38,065 bases of DNA from an uncultured Ruminococcus sp. (GCA_946540705.1 CAMNJD010000565.1:1-38065); one strand, 5' to 3'. Positions 22,848-31,715 are shown, counted from the first letter of the stretch. Made by a program: numbers and translations. Notes: generated from the sequence alone by a model not told the origin.

Positions 22848-22896
22848 AAAAAAGGAACCGGCAGAGAGCGAAGAAAAGCCCCCTGCCGGTTTTTTG
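22846..22896. terminator. bidirectional rho-independent terminator between the accessory cassette and the endolysin gene
   Basis: AAAAAAAAGG-AACCGGCAG-18 nt-CTGCCGGTT-TTTTTG. Perfect 9-bp stem with an A-run upstream and a T-run downstream. Confidence 0.75.
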
Positions 22897-23604
22897 TTAC
22901 AGTGTCAGTTTTGCTTTCGTAAGCGGGCCGCAGACGCCGTCAACTGCGAGGCCGTTTTCGAGCTGGAATGCGCAGACGGCTCCGAGCGTGATCCTGCCGA
23001 AGTCGCCGTCGATCTCAGTCTTGCGCATATAGCCCAGCGCGTGCAGCCGTGCCTGCATCAGCTCCACTTCCGCGCCGGTGTCGCCTTTGCGGATGACCCT
23101 GATCGGCGCAGCGGCAGCAGGCTGGAGCACAAAGCCGAGGAACCGGTAGGCGCTGCTCTGCCCCCAGTTCCCGCTTTCACGGTACCGGTGCTGTGTCCAG
23201 AACGGGTTCTTGCTGTTGTACCCGCTCTCGCTGGTGATGATGCTGCCGTCCGACTTGATCTCCTCGACCACAGCAACATGCCCCGCGCCGTCAGTGCCGT
23301 TATGCGTTTTGCCTTTTGCCCAGCATGCGACCGCACCGAGCTGCGGTTTCTGGCTGATCGGCAGCCCCGCTGCAATCCCGGTATCATAAAAGTCTTCAGC
23401 ATTGGGCGGATGCTGGAAGTACACAAATTTACCTGCACCGATAATCTCGTTGAAGCGACCTGCCGCATAGCCGACGCAGTTGTGCAGCACATCGCATCCC
23501 GGATCCGTCGGGTGCCCTTTGATCGCACCGGAATACCCGCCGCTTGCAATCCGGTTGTAGTAGGGGTTCCCCGCTTCGGGTTTCACGAGTCTTGGCTTGA
23601 ACAT
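22897..23604 (-). CDS. endolysin: CHAP peptidase/amidase + PG_binding_1
   Basis: Track ORF 22897..23763. Start at ATG 23604 (AAGGAGG upstream). HNCVGYAAGRF (Cys), AGHVAVVEEIKSDGSIITSESGYN (His). C-terminal GDTGAEVELMQARLHALGY...DGDFG...AFQLENGLAVDG. Confidence 0.85.
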   Translation of the reverse strand: MFKPRLVKPEAGNPYYNRIASGGYSGAIKGHPTDPGCDVLHNCVGYAAGRFNEIIGAGKFVYFQHPPNAEDFYDTGIAAGLPISQKPQLGAVACWAKGKTHNGTDGAGHVAVVEEIKSDGSIITSESGYNSKNPFWTQHRYRESGNWGQSSAYRFLGFVLQPAAAAPIRVIRKGDTGAEVELMQARLHALGYMRKTEIDGDFGRITLGAVCAFQLENGLAVDGVCGPLTKAKLTL

Positions 23605-23605
23605 C

Positions 23606-23986
23606 TCAATTTTCCTCCTTATCGTTAAAATTCCGCAGTTTCTTGATGATTTTCGCCACCCATGTTGCATCGGGCGATATCTCGCCGTAGTTTTCGAGGA
23701 TGCTGACCAGCTCCATGAGCACGATATACATAAACACAGCACCCGCTGTGACTGTTCCGGCAATTCCTGCGAGCTCCGGTGTCTGGTAGTACTGTCCGAG
23801 CATACCGATTCCGATCTCCAGACCGCAGGCGACAGCCATCACGAGAATTTCGCAGACCTTATTCAGGCCGCCGGTGCGCATCTTCTGCGAGCTGAGGTCA
23901 TGCGCGATGTATGCCTTGATGATGCCGGTCAAAAAGTCCGCCGCAGCAAGCCCGATCACAATTGTAATCATGATGATGTATTTCAT
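23606..23986 (-). CDS. holin (Phage_holin_4_1 / TcdE-like)
   Basis: 126 aa with three hydrophobic spans. ADFLTGIIKAY...GGLNKV motif. Immediately upstream of the endolysin gene. Confidence 0.8.
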   Translation of the reverse strand: MKYIIMITIVIGLAAADFLTGIIKAYIAHDLSSQKMRTGGLNKVCEILVMAVACGLEIGIGMLGQYYQTPELAGIAGTVTAGAVFMYIVLMELVSILENYGEISPDATWVAKIIKKLRNFNDKEEN

Positions 23987-23990
23987 GGTG

Positions 23991-24569
23991 TCATCTCTCC
24001 GTTTCTTCTTCCGTGTTTATATTATCAGGTGAGTCTATACTGGTAAGCTGTGCTCGATCCGGAACGTTGATCGGCTGCACGACCGTTCCGGCGAACCGGT
24101 ACCAGTCGCCCCAGTTCCCACTGGCAGCACCGAGCCGGCGCCGCATGAAGAATTCACCGTCTGAATTGTTTGGGTAGAGCCGCTGGATCTGGTATCCGGA
24201 TGATGCAGAAGCAATCGTTGAGCAAACTTCGAGCCGGAAGCCGGAAGCGGTTGGGCAATTGTACAAAGTCGCTGCAATACTTCCGGAAGCTGCGCGGTAA
24301 GTACCCGGCGTGAAATAGTCGTTCAAATCATCACCGTTGTTGATCGTGCTTGGCGTTGTACCATAGACCCAATTCATAACGCCACCAGAGCGTACAGGAT
24401 TGTCGCTGCCGGATGTCGGTATCGGGTCGATTGTGAGCGCATCCTGTTTCCCGTCAACAACTGTTTCAAGTGCATCCAGATCGCTCTGACTTGCTTTGCT
24501 TGGTACAGCATCTACGGCCGCGTCAATTTGCTCTAAGGTATGTGCAAAAGTGCCGGTTTCAATCGCCAA
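23991..24569 (-). CDS. receptor-binding tail fibre tip with pyocin-knob-like domain
   Basis: 192 aa. TTG start with GGAGGTG 7 nt upstream. DLNDYFTPGTYRA...YNCPTASGFRLEV...GYQIQRLYP...RRR...GNWGDWYRF fits the knob-domain pattern. Confidence 0.65.
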   Translation of the reverse strand: MAIETGTFAHTLEQIDAAVDAVPSKASQSDLDALETVVDGKQDALTIDPIPTSGSDNPVRSGGVMNWVYGTTPSTINNGDDLNDYFTPGTYRAASGSIAATLYNCPTASGFRLEVCSTIASASSGYQIQRLYPNNSDGEFFMRRRLGAASGNWGDWYRFAGTVVQPINVPDRAQLTSIDSPDNINTEEETER

Positions 24570-25983
24570 TTTCGGTCACCTCCATCATAATTTTTCGTCC
24601 TGCTGCATCATATAAATATCGCCCTGTGCTGTCTTTTACCCATAATTCTCCGCCTTGAAATTCCGGCGTGAACGGGAAAACAGCAGGGGCAGAAGGATGA
24701 TACACGAAAGAATGCTTGTCGCCTACTGTAAATCTCTTGCATTTCCCTGTAATCCGATCATAGACTGTCTCTGTCACTTCAAGCAGTATTTCTCCGCCTA
24801 ACCGTTCGTCATACACACGTCCGGAATCGCCACATCTGATAGACTCGTCAGCAGTCATTTCAAAATCTTGGTTCAGCCTTGTGTCTTCGAGATCAATTTC
24901 GTATCCGATTAACGGTCGGCAGTACCTGTTGAATACCATCTCTCCGTCTTGGCAAAGGTGGATAAAACGTCCGAGAGTGCCTTCCGGATAGCTTGTGAAC
25001 TGCGCCCTTATCGTATGATGCGGTATAAGATTCCGCATAACAGGCACAGTTCCATCCCATGCCCATGAGCACCCTGCGCCTGTTTCTCTGTCAATCAGCG
25101 AAAAATAAGTGCACATAGTTGTTGCGTCTATGTTCCGCCTGATTCCGGTCAGATTTTTGCCTACACGGATATCAAAAGCATTATCACGAGCAGTTTCTTT
25201 ACGCGGGTTTACAGAAAAATAAAAATTGTCTCTATGTAACTCGCCGCCTTTCGCTGCAATAATTCCGCTTTCGCCGAGTATAAGATCAATTGGCGTGCAT
25301 CCTTCTTCGATCACTGCATAATATGTTGTATCGTAATACATACCGGAGTTTCCGGTGAAATTGTAAACCTGTCCGCCGCGCATAGCTTCTTGCCGCGTGT
25401 GAGATATAATGCTATTGATCGCAGCTTGCGCTGATTTCTCGTATATCTGAGTCGGCTCAAACGGATCGCTGTAAATCCAACCGTCACCCCATTGATACCA
25501 GACGTGTTCAGCATAAACAGAAACGCTTCCGGTGCTGCCGTTATACTGTTCGTCTGTCTGCTTGATCGTGAACAATTGCCCGTTTACACGGATTATATTC
25601 CCGATCAGAAGCATCTTGTATCTTCCTTCCGGGTCAATCGGGTGTTCCAGCTTGACAGACCACATCCCGCACAGTTCTTCTGTTTCCTCGCAAGATGTTG
25701 GTGTGAGGATTGCCATGCCGTTATTTCTCGGCATTTGGAGCTGCGCTTGCGGAGTTGTAACGCTAAATACAACAATATACGGCATCTGCTTTACGGGAGT
25801 AATCTCTAATCTTACCCAATCCGGAAACAGCGGGCATGATACTTCTCCTTCGTCTACCAAAGGATCGCACTGCCAGACGGACAGCGGGAACGGCTGCATC
25901 AATGGCTTTTCCGGCAAATTCACAAATTCCGGGTTTGTCAGTTCGCCGCCTGATACGACCCAGTTTGTCCATGTTTCCGGCAT
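24559..25983 (-). CDS. tail-associated (Tal-like) baseplate hub / minor structural protein
   Basis: 474 aa. From about residue 90 it resembles the N-terminal region of siphovirus Tal/prophage-tail proteins (LCGMWSVKLEHPIDPEGRYKMLLIGNIIRVNGQLFTIKQTDE). Confidence 0.6.
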   Translation of the reverse strand: MPETWTNWVVSGGELTNPEFVNLPEKPLMQPFPLSVWQCDPLVDEGEVSCPLFPDWVRLEITPVKQMPYIVVFSVTTPQAQLQMPRNNGMAILTPTSCEETEELCGMWSVKLEHPIDPEGRYKMLLIGNIIRVNGQLFTIKQTDEQYNGSTGSVSVYAEHVWYQWGDGWIYSDPFEPTQIYEKSAQAAINSIISHTRQEAMRGGQVYNFTGNSGMYYDTTYYAVIEEGCTPIDLILGESGIIAAKGGELHRDNFYFSVNPRKETARDNAFDIRVGKNLTGIRRNIDATTMCTYFSLIDRETGAGCSWAWDGTVPVMRNLIPHHTIRAQFTSYPEGTLGRFIHLCQDGEMVFNRYCRPLIGYEIDLEDTRLNQDFEMTADESIRCGDSGRVYDERLGGEILLEVTETVYDRITGKCKRFTVGDKHSFVYHPSAPAVFPFTPEFQGGELWVKDSTGRYLYDAAGRKIMMEVTEIGD

Positions 25984-25989
25984 AGTCTC

Positions 25990-26781
25990 TCACACTCCTA
26001 TCGGGAATCCTATTGACGCCAGATATGCTGCGTCACGCATCTGATCGCGTGTAACGCCGCGCATGTACTGCCCGTCAACGGCATCTGGGAGCGCATCCGT
26101 CAGGTAGATGGACGGGAATTCCCGCGCCTGTGATGCAGAATTATAGTAAAACGTTGCATCACCATAGCCGCCGAGCAGCTTGCACGCTGATAAATCCGAT
26201 GCATTAAATTTTCCGGCTGCGAGCTGTGGCATGTATATGTCCAGCTCACAGAATTTGCATGCCCCGAACCGCACAAAAGTGTCTGTGATAATGGCATTCG
26301 GTATGCTTTGCTTGATCCTGCTGTACTTTGCTTCATTCACTGGGAAAATCCCGAAGGCGTTCCCGGATGTCGTGAAGTTGATGTTCATACTTACCCGATC
26401 AAGATTCAGGTATCCGTACGAAAAGTTGGATACAGACGAACCGCACAGCCCGGAAAAAATGCAATTGTGCAGGTTGAGCTGCGAAAATCCTATGAAAACA
26501 GACAAATTGGTGCCGCCCGGCTCAACGACAAAATTCGTCATTTCCAGATCATTGATCGTGATGTTGGAATTTTTCACAAAATAACCGAAAAGGTGCAGAT
26601 TTTTGATCTTCGTGTCGTTGCCGTTAATTTGACTGCACCTCATACTGATGATCCCGGTATACCCTTCCGGATACAGTTCGTTCATGTCCCACTCCCCTTT
26701 GCTTGGGAGAACAACTGTATCCCCGGAAATGCCGACAGCCTGCACAAACTCGGTCCAGCTCGTCACATTTACCGTTGCCAT
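25990..26781 (-). CDS. beta-helix-like tail tip protein
   Basis: 263 aa. Repetitive rung-like segments (NLHLFGYFVKNSNITINDLEMTNFVV, LNLHNCIFSGL, LNLDRVSMNINF). Inserted between Dit and Tal. Confidence 0.5.
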   Translation of the reverse strand: MATVNVTSWTEFVQAVGISGDTVVLPSKGEWDMNELYPEGYTGIISMRCSQINGNDTKIKNLHLFGYFVKNSNITINDLEMTNFVVEPGGTNLSVFIGFSQLNLHNCIFSGLCGSSVSNFSYGYLNLDRVSMNINFTTSGNAFGIFPVNEAKYSRIKQSIPNAIITDTFVRFGACKFCELDIYMPQLAAGKFNASDLSACKLLGGYGDATFYYNSASQAREFPSIYLTDALPDAVDGQYMRGVTRDQMRDAAYLASIGFPIGV

Positions 26782-26782
26782 A

Positions 26783-27526
26783 TCAGTAATCCCTCCAGTT
26801 CCCTTTGACGGTCAGCGCCGCCGCGGATGCAATGCCGCTGCTGTGCACAACGCTTAGCAGGTTCATCCCCGGCGCTAAAAACGGGTAAAGGCCGGATGTG
26901 TGCTGTGTCTGATTCACGCCGCTGTCGTTATAAGCAATCATACGCTCTGAGTCAATGAAAATCGGGCTTGATGCCCGATAGTTGATCGTGCATGTTTGCC
27001 CATTTACAGACAGGATTGTGTCGCCGCCGACATCGTGCGTGATCTTGTACAGCGGGCGGCTGTACCGTGTGCCGGGGTTTACCAGCTTGTTTTCGGTGAT
27101 GGCGATTTCCGGATTACTGCTGTGGTACGCAAATGGTGCAAGCGCAAACGTCACTGTGTATGTAAGGTCGTTGCCATGCGCCGATGCTGTCGGGGTAATG
27201 CCGATCAGCCGTTTTATTTTGTAATATCTTCCGGGGTGCCGGCTGATGACCAGCGTCTTTGCGGTCGCACACGCCGCGTAAAAATCCGGATTTCGGAAGT
27301 CGTCCGGAGATCGGAAGCGCCGCACCGTCAGCGGATACTCAACGTCCTCAAAGCTGTCATCCGGCTCTGACATGTCGCTGTCGCCGCTTGACCACACTGT
27401 GTACCGAGGCTTTGCGATCGGCACAGGCTGCGGCATCTCCGCAGCGAGCCCGAAAGCTGACAGCGGAATCCCATCCAAAAATACATTATCTCTCGTTTTT
27501 ACGATGTATCCCATGCTCATCACCAT
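26783..27526 (-). CDS. distal tail protein (Dit, Sipho_tail-like)
   Basis: 247 aa directly after the tape measure gene. Assignment rests on position and size. Start is ambiguous (27526, 27520 or 27514). Confidence 0.65.
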   Translation of the reverse strand: MVMSMGYIVKTRDNVFLDGIPLSAFGLAAEMPQPVPIAKPRYTVWSSGDSDMSEPDDSFEDVEYPLTVRRFRSPDDFRNPDFYAACATAKTLVISRHPGRYYKIKRLIGITPTASAHGNDLTYTVTFALAPFAYHSSNPEIAITENKLVNPGTRYSRPLYKITHDVGGDTILSVNGQTCTINYRASSPIFIDSERMIAYNDSGVNQTQHTSGLYPFLAPGMNLLSVVHSSGIASAAALTVKGNWRDY

Positions 27527-29838
27527 CCTGTTCCGCCGACCCCGCGCTGCTGCTGGATCTGATACTGCCTGAGCGCTGTGTCGATCTGCTCCACGACGGC
27601 TCTGCCTGTTTGTTCTGTTCCGGTGACATTCACAGTGATCGCATCTATACGGATGCCGCCGGTTGCGCCGCCTGCATTGATGCGTGCCGCAAGCTGATCC
27701 ATCCAGCCGGTGTTGCGTTCAAGCGGCAGTACAATCTCCGCGCCGTTCTCGCCGATCAGCGCTCTGGTCGGATGCCGGACAATTCCGCCTGTCGCCATTG
27801 CCGGCACCTGCGGATACCAGACTGATGATTCGTTAATCATACTGTCACCTGAAAAATCAGGGTGCAGCCAGTCGTAGATGCGTTCGCCGATATCTTCCCA
27901 CCAGCTCGTCCATTCATCCCACTTTGCTTTGACCCCGTTCATAAAGTCGTCAATGACTTTTTGACCAGCTTCCCAGTACTCACCGATACCGAGCTTGTCA
28001 GCGATTTCATGTGCAATTTCCATGACTTTCTTCGTTACCTTCCACAGTGCATCCCCTAGTCCCTTTACAATCTTGGTGATGATCTCCATGCCGGCTGTGA
28101 CGATTTTGTCCGCATTCTCCGGGTTGAAAAGATAGCCTGCAAACTGCTCCACGACCTGCACAGCAGCATCCAGCAGCTTGTCCAGATTGTCGATGATGCC
28201 GTTTACCAGCTGATCGACCAGCTCCGGCAGCCGCTCGATCAGCTTCGGGAGACTGTCGATGATGCCATTTGTCAGGGCGATCACGATTGCGATGGATGCG
28301 TCGATCAATGTGCTGAGCGTGTCCGGATCTGTCAGGATATCCACGATTTCAAGGGCAATGTCGATGATTGTTGGGACAAGGGTCGGTAGAGCATCTGCGA
28401 TGCCTTTTGCAAGCTCTGCGATCACGCCCAGACCGACACGGATCAGGCGCGGCAGTTCTCCGAGCAGCGCAGATGCAAGATTCATGATGATAGTCTGTGC
28501 GGTACGCAGCAGCATTGGCAGATTACGCAGGATTGCTGATCCGAGAGATTTTACGATTTCAAGCCCGTCATTAAGCAGTGACGGCAGCATCTTGCTGATT
28601 GCGCCCACGATAATCGGCAGGATCCTCTGTGCTGTCCGCGTCAGCTTCTGCGCTGTTTTTCCGATCGTGTCGACAAATCCACCGACACCAAGCTCGACGC
28701 CTTTGATTGCGTTCAGATTTCCCATTGCGATCTGTGATACGCTGTTCATGATCTGGATCATGGACGGCATAAAATCCGCGCCGATGCTGCGTGTCACGCC
28801 GCTGATTGCAGTTTTCACATTCTGGAGACTATCCTGGTATGCAGCAGCAGTCTTGACGGCTTCTTCATCCATCACGCCGCCCAGCTCATGCACCTGCTGC
28901 CGCATAGCTTCCGTCTCTTCCGCGCTGGTGTTCAGCAGTGCACCGAGATCCATCGCGGATTTGCCGAGCAAATCAGTCGCCAGCGCTGTGCGTTCTGTGC
29001 CTGATTCCATACTTTGCAAGGCTGTGATTGTCGCCGAAAACAGATCTTCCTGCGACATATTTTTCGCCTGCTCGATACTGATGCCGAGTTTTTCAAAAGC
29101 TGCGGTGCTCTTTTCGGTTGGCTCCTGCACTTCTTCCGCCAGCTTTTTCATGCTCGTGGTCATCTTGTCGATGTCGCTGCCGGAGTGCTGCATGATAAAG
29201 TCCCATTCCTGATAGGCATCGGAACTCATGCCGAGCTTCTGCGACATCTTATCAATGTTGTCGCCGTATTCTGCCGCAGCGCCTGCCGCATTCACAATTT
29301 CTTTGACTGTGGCAGATGCAGCCGATGCCATAGCCTTGACAGCAGCAGCAGCCACCTCTGCACCTTTTTTCACGCCTTCTTTGAGTGCTTCGCCGAGCTT
29401 ACCGGAGTGCTTTTCAGCTTTTTCCATCTCTGTCCCGGCATTTTCGGTACTTTCTGCAAGTTCTTCTGTTTCTGTACCGGTATCGTCTTCCTGCTTTTCC
29501 AGATCTTTTAGCCGCTTTTCGGTTGTCACCAGTTCACGCTGGAAAGCAATATATTCATCTGTGCCGATGTCTCCGCGTGCGACTGCTGCCTGCACATCCT
29601 GCTGTGCAGCTTTCAGTGCTTCCAGTCTCCTTTTCGATGCATCAACAGCTTTTGCAAGCAGTTCCTGCTTTGTTGCTGCAAGCTCTACATTTCCGGGGTT
29701 GATCTGGAGCAAACTGTCAACTGTTTTTAGCTGCTTAGAGAGCGAAATGGATTCAGTTGTCAGATCTTTAAGCCCAGCGGTTACGCCGTTTGTGTCGGCG
29801 TTGATTGCGATTGTAATGCCGTTGATTTTCTTTGCCAT
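27520..29838 (-). CDS. tail tape measure protein
   Basis: 772 aa, Ala/Leu/Ile-rich and helical, located after the G/GT chaperones. Confidence 0.85.
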   Translation of the reverse strand: MAKKINGITIAINADTNGVTAGLKDLTTESISLSKQLKTVDSLLQINPGNVELAATKQELLAKAVDASKRRLEALKAAQQDVQAAVARGDIGTDEYIAFQRELVTTEKRLKDLEKQEDDTGTETEELAESTENAGTEMEKAEKHSGKLGEALKEGVKKGAEVAAAAVKAMASAASATVKEIVNAAGAAAEYGDNIDKMSQKLGMSSDAYQEWDFIMQHSGSDIDKMTTSMKKLAEEVQEPTEKSTAAFEKLGISIEQAKNMSQEDLFSATITALQSMESGTERTALATDLLGKSAMDLGALLNTSAEETEAMRQQVHELGGVMDEEAVKTAAAYQDSLQNVKTAISGVTRSIGADFMPSMIQIMNSVSQIAMGNLNAIKGVELGVGGFVDTIGKTAQKLTRTAQRILPIIVGAISKMLPSLLNDGLEIVKSLGSAILRNLPMLLRTAQTIIMNLASALLGELPRLIRVGLGVIAELAKGIADALPTLVPTIIDIALEIVDILTDPDTLSTLIDASIAIVIALTNGIIDSLPKLIERLPELVDQLVNGIIDNLDKLLDAAVQVVEQFAGYLFNPENADKIVTAGMEIITKIVKGLGDALWKVTKKVMEIAHEIADKLGIGEYWEAGQKVIDDFMNGVKAKWDEWTSWWEDIGERIYDWLHPDFSGDSMINESSVWYPQVPAMATGGIVRHPTRALIGENGAEIVLPLERNTGWMDQLAARINAGGATGGIRIDAITVNVTGTEQTGRAVVEQIDTALRQYQIQQQRGVGGTGW

Positions 29839-29842
29839 TTGC

Positions 29843-30178
29843 TCACTCCCTTAGCTGTTTTTCACAGTTTTCAAGTGTTTGCCTGTACGATTTGTACTTA
29901 TACTCTTTGATTTGTCCGGCTGCATACATGCGCTCGATCTCCGGTTCCATCGCCTTCAAACGCTGGTACTGCTCATATGGATCCGGCACATCCTCACCGC
30001 GTGCGATCATGATATTCCTATCATGCGCCTTTGCCCAGTCGATCAAGTCGCCGGTGTTCCAATTGTCGATCTCCGACAGCGGAAACCCCCTCGACATCAG
30101 CAGATCATAAAATTCCGCTGCCGTCAAAGGGGCATCATCTTTCTGACTTTCGCTCCCGCTGCCGGTCAGGCGTTTTTT
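29843..30178 (-). CDS. T-part of the tail assembly chaperone, reached by a -1 frameshift (G-T fusion)
   Basis: The -1 frame is open from the slippery site through track ORF 29843..30127. No independent RBS or ATG. Confidence 0.7.
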   Translation of the reverse strand, partial: KKRLTGSGSESQKDDAPLTAAEFYDLLMSRGFPLSEIDNWNTGDLIDWAKAHDRNIMIARGEDVPDPYEQYQRLKAMEPEIERMYAAGQIKEYKYKSYRQTLENCEKQLRE

Positions 30179-30552
30179 GGTGCAATTTTCAGCTCGTTCT
30201 GGATCAACGGAAGGAGCTGAACAAAAACTGCAAGGATATTCAGATTTTCAAAGCGGTCAAGCCACTCCAGCTCGTCCCGGATAGACGGATCAGCCTGCTG
30301 CGCCATAATGAAAGCGATATCGTACATATACTCTGTTTCGATACCGAGCACGATTTTCGCAGCAGCAATCTTCTGATCGTCCGTCAGTTTCTCGCTGTTG
30401 TCGTAGTAGTCGGCAAGCAGCGGCATTACGTCGTAAATTTTTGCGAGATCCGGCGACAACTCGCGCCCGAACTGCCGCTTATAGCGCATCATGGTTCCGG
30501 CGGTTTTGCGGAAAACGACCGGCTGACTGTCGATTATGATCGTTTTATCCAT
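30166..30552 (-). CDS. tail assembly chaperone (gpG-like)
   Basis: 128 aa between the major tail and tape measure genes. Ends at the slippery site. Confidence 0.75.
   Translation of the reverse strand: MDKTIIIDSQPVVFRKTAGTMMRYKRQFGRELSPDLAKIYDVMPLLADYYDNSEKLTDDQKIAAAKIVLGIETEYMYDIAFIMAQQADPSIRDELEWLDRFENLNILAVFVQLLPLIQNELKIAPKNA
30172..30178 (-). promoter_or_regulatory. -1 programmed frameshift slippery heptamer A AAA AAC
   Basis: Minus strand reads GCA CCA AAA AAC GCC TGA. This is the X XXY YYZ pattern, ending 3 nt (one sense codon) before the chaperone stop codon. Confidence 0.7.
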
Positions 30553-30564
30553 GATTGCCCCCTA

Positions 30565-31395
30565 TCAGCTCGATGTCACCGTGACATTGCAGGTGTCCGT
30601 ATAGGTCGTGCCGCCGACGGTGATCGTCGCCGTTATGACGGACGTGCCGGCTGCGACACCAGTCACGACGCCGTCAGCACTGACCGTCGCCTTTGAGGTT
30701 GTGCCGGATGTCCATGTGATCGTTGCGCCGGCAGGATACACGCTGTCAACCGTCAGTGCGACAGTGCTGCCGACTGCGACGGATGCAGTCGCCTCGGCAA
30801 TGCTGACATGCGGAGTCGCCCTGGTCGGCTCCGGAATCGTCGTGATCTTGGTCTTGGACGGGATCTCGCGCTTGACACACATGCAGTCCAGACGCGGACG
30901 GTGCGCGATGCTGTGCTGCGGGAACTGCGGATTGAGACCGTTGCCCTCGCTCGTCGCACCAGACTGTGCGGATCTCTGCATGATGTGGCTGTAGTAAAAG
31001 ATCGTCGTCTTTCCGACGCCGTCAGTCGTGTCCTCGATGATCACAAGCGCGAACTGCGGATACTCTGCACCGTCTGCATACTCCTCGACGCTGCCGTCCT
31101 CGTTGACAGTGTGGCCGTACCAGTCCTCCTCGACGTCGTCGGTGACGCCGACCGTTGTGACGGTGTCGTTGTATCCCTGATTATCCTCATAGGCGTAGAC
31201 CTCACGACCGTCCGCCCAGATACCGCCGGAAGAGCCAGCCGGCTGCGCGTCATAGGATCTGCCGCCTGCTCTGTGATGCGGCAGCCACTTGATCGGACCG
31301 TATGTCGGCTTGCCGTCCTCGTCGATTGCGGTGATCGGTGCATAGCCGAGATCGGTGATAGTGCGCACAATGCGTGCTTTTTCGGACATAATCAT
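30565..31395 (-). CDS. major tail protein (phi13-like) with C-terminal Big_2 Ig-like domain
   Basis: 276 aa. The N-terminal GGRSYDAQPAGSSGGIWADGREVY resembles phi13-family major tail proteins. The C-terminus VAVGSTVALTV...TWTSGTTSKATVSADGVVTGVAAGTSVITATI is a Big_2 pattern. Confidence 0.75.
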   Translation of the reverse strand: MIMSEKARIVRTITDLGYAPITAIDEDGKPTYGPIKWLPHHRAGGRSYDAQPAGSSGGIWADGREVYAYEDNQGYNDTVTTVGVTDDVEEDWYGHTVNEDGSVEEYADGAEYPQFALVIIEDTTDGVGKTTIFYYSHIMQRSAQSGATSEGNGLNPQFPQHSIAHRPRLDCMCVKREIPSKTKITTIPEPTRATPHVSIAEATASVAVGSTVALTVDSVYPAGATITWTSGTTSKATVSADGVVTGVAAGTSVITATITVGGTTYTDTCNVTVTSS

Positions 31396-31715
31396 TCCTC
31401 CTCGATTTGGAAAATGTATGTTGCGACGTGGATGCCTTGCTCCTCGTCAAAGTCGTACTCCGGATCGTCAAACGCGATCTGATTTTCTGTCAGCAGACGC
31501 ATGATCGCCTGCTCTGCGATTACATCACGATGCTTTGACACCAGATCCAGCGTGATCCACGGCTCCGAGTAGATCACTCTGCCGTTTGCGTGGATCACGT
31601 TCCGGAGTGTTTCGCGGTAAACGATGTACTTTGGCGGCTGCTCTCCGTCAAAGTAGCCGTATGCGCACGGGATGTTCAGCGTCTTGATCGCCGCTTTCAG
31701 CTCTGCGAGTGTCAT
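31392..31715 (-). CDS. tail completion / terminator-like protein
   Basis: 107 aa, positioned between the HK97-gp10-like protein and the major tail protein. ATGA overlaps on both sides. Call based on position. Confidence 0.5.
   Translation of the reverse strand: MTLAELKAAIKTLNIPCAYGYFDGEQPPKYIVYRETLRNVIHANGRVIYSEPWITLDLVSKHRDVIAEQAIMRLLTENQIAFDDPEYDFDEEQGIHVATYIFQIEEE

Noticed and set aside
28259-29212. Long antisense ORFs. This is a 317-aa example; others are 558..1139, 5973..6677, 8068..8706, 9538..10167, 12333..12899, 16435..17187, 21494..22438, 22783..23628, 30808..31482, 33999..34982, 34882..35676 and 36335..37273
   Set aside because: They are shadow frames of well-supported genes on the opposite strand. 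They have Ser/Arg/Cys/Ala-rich low-complexity composition, no Shine-Dalgarno sites and no recognisable motifs.
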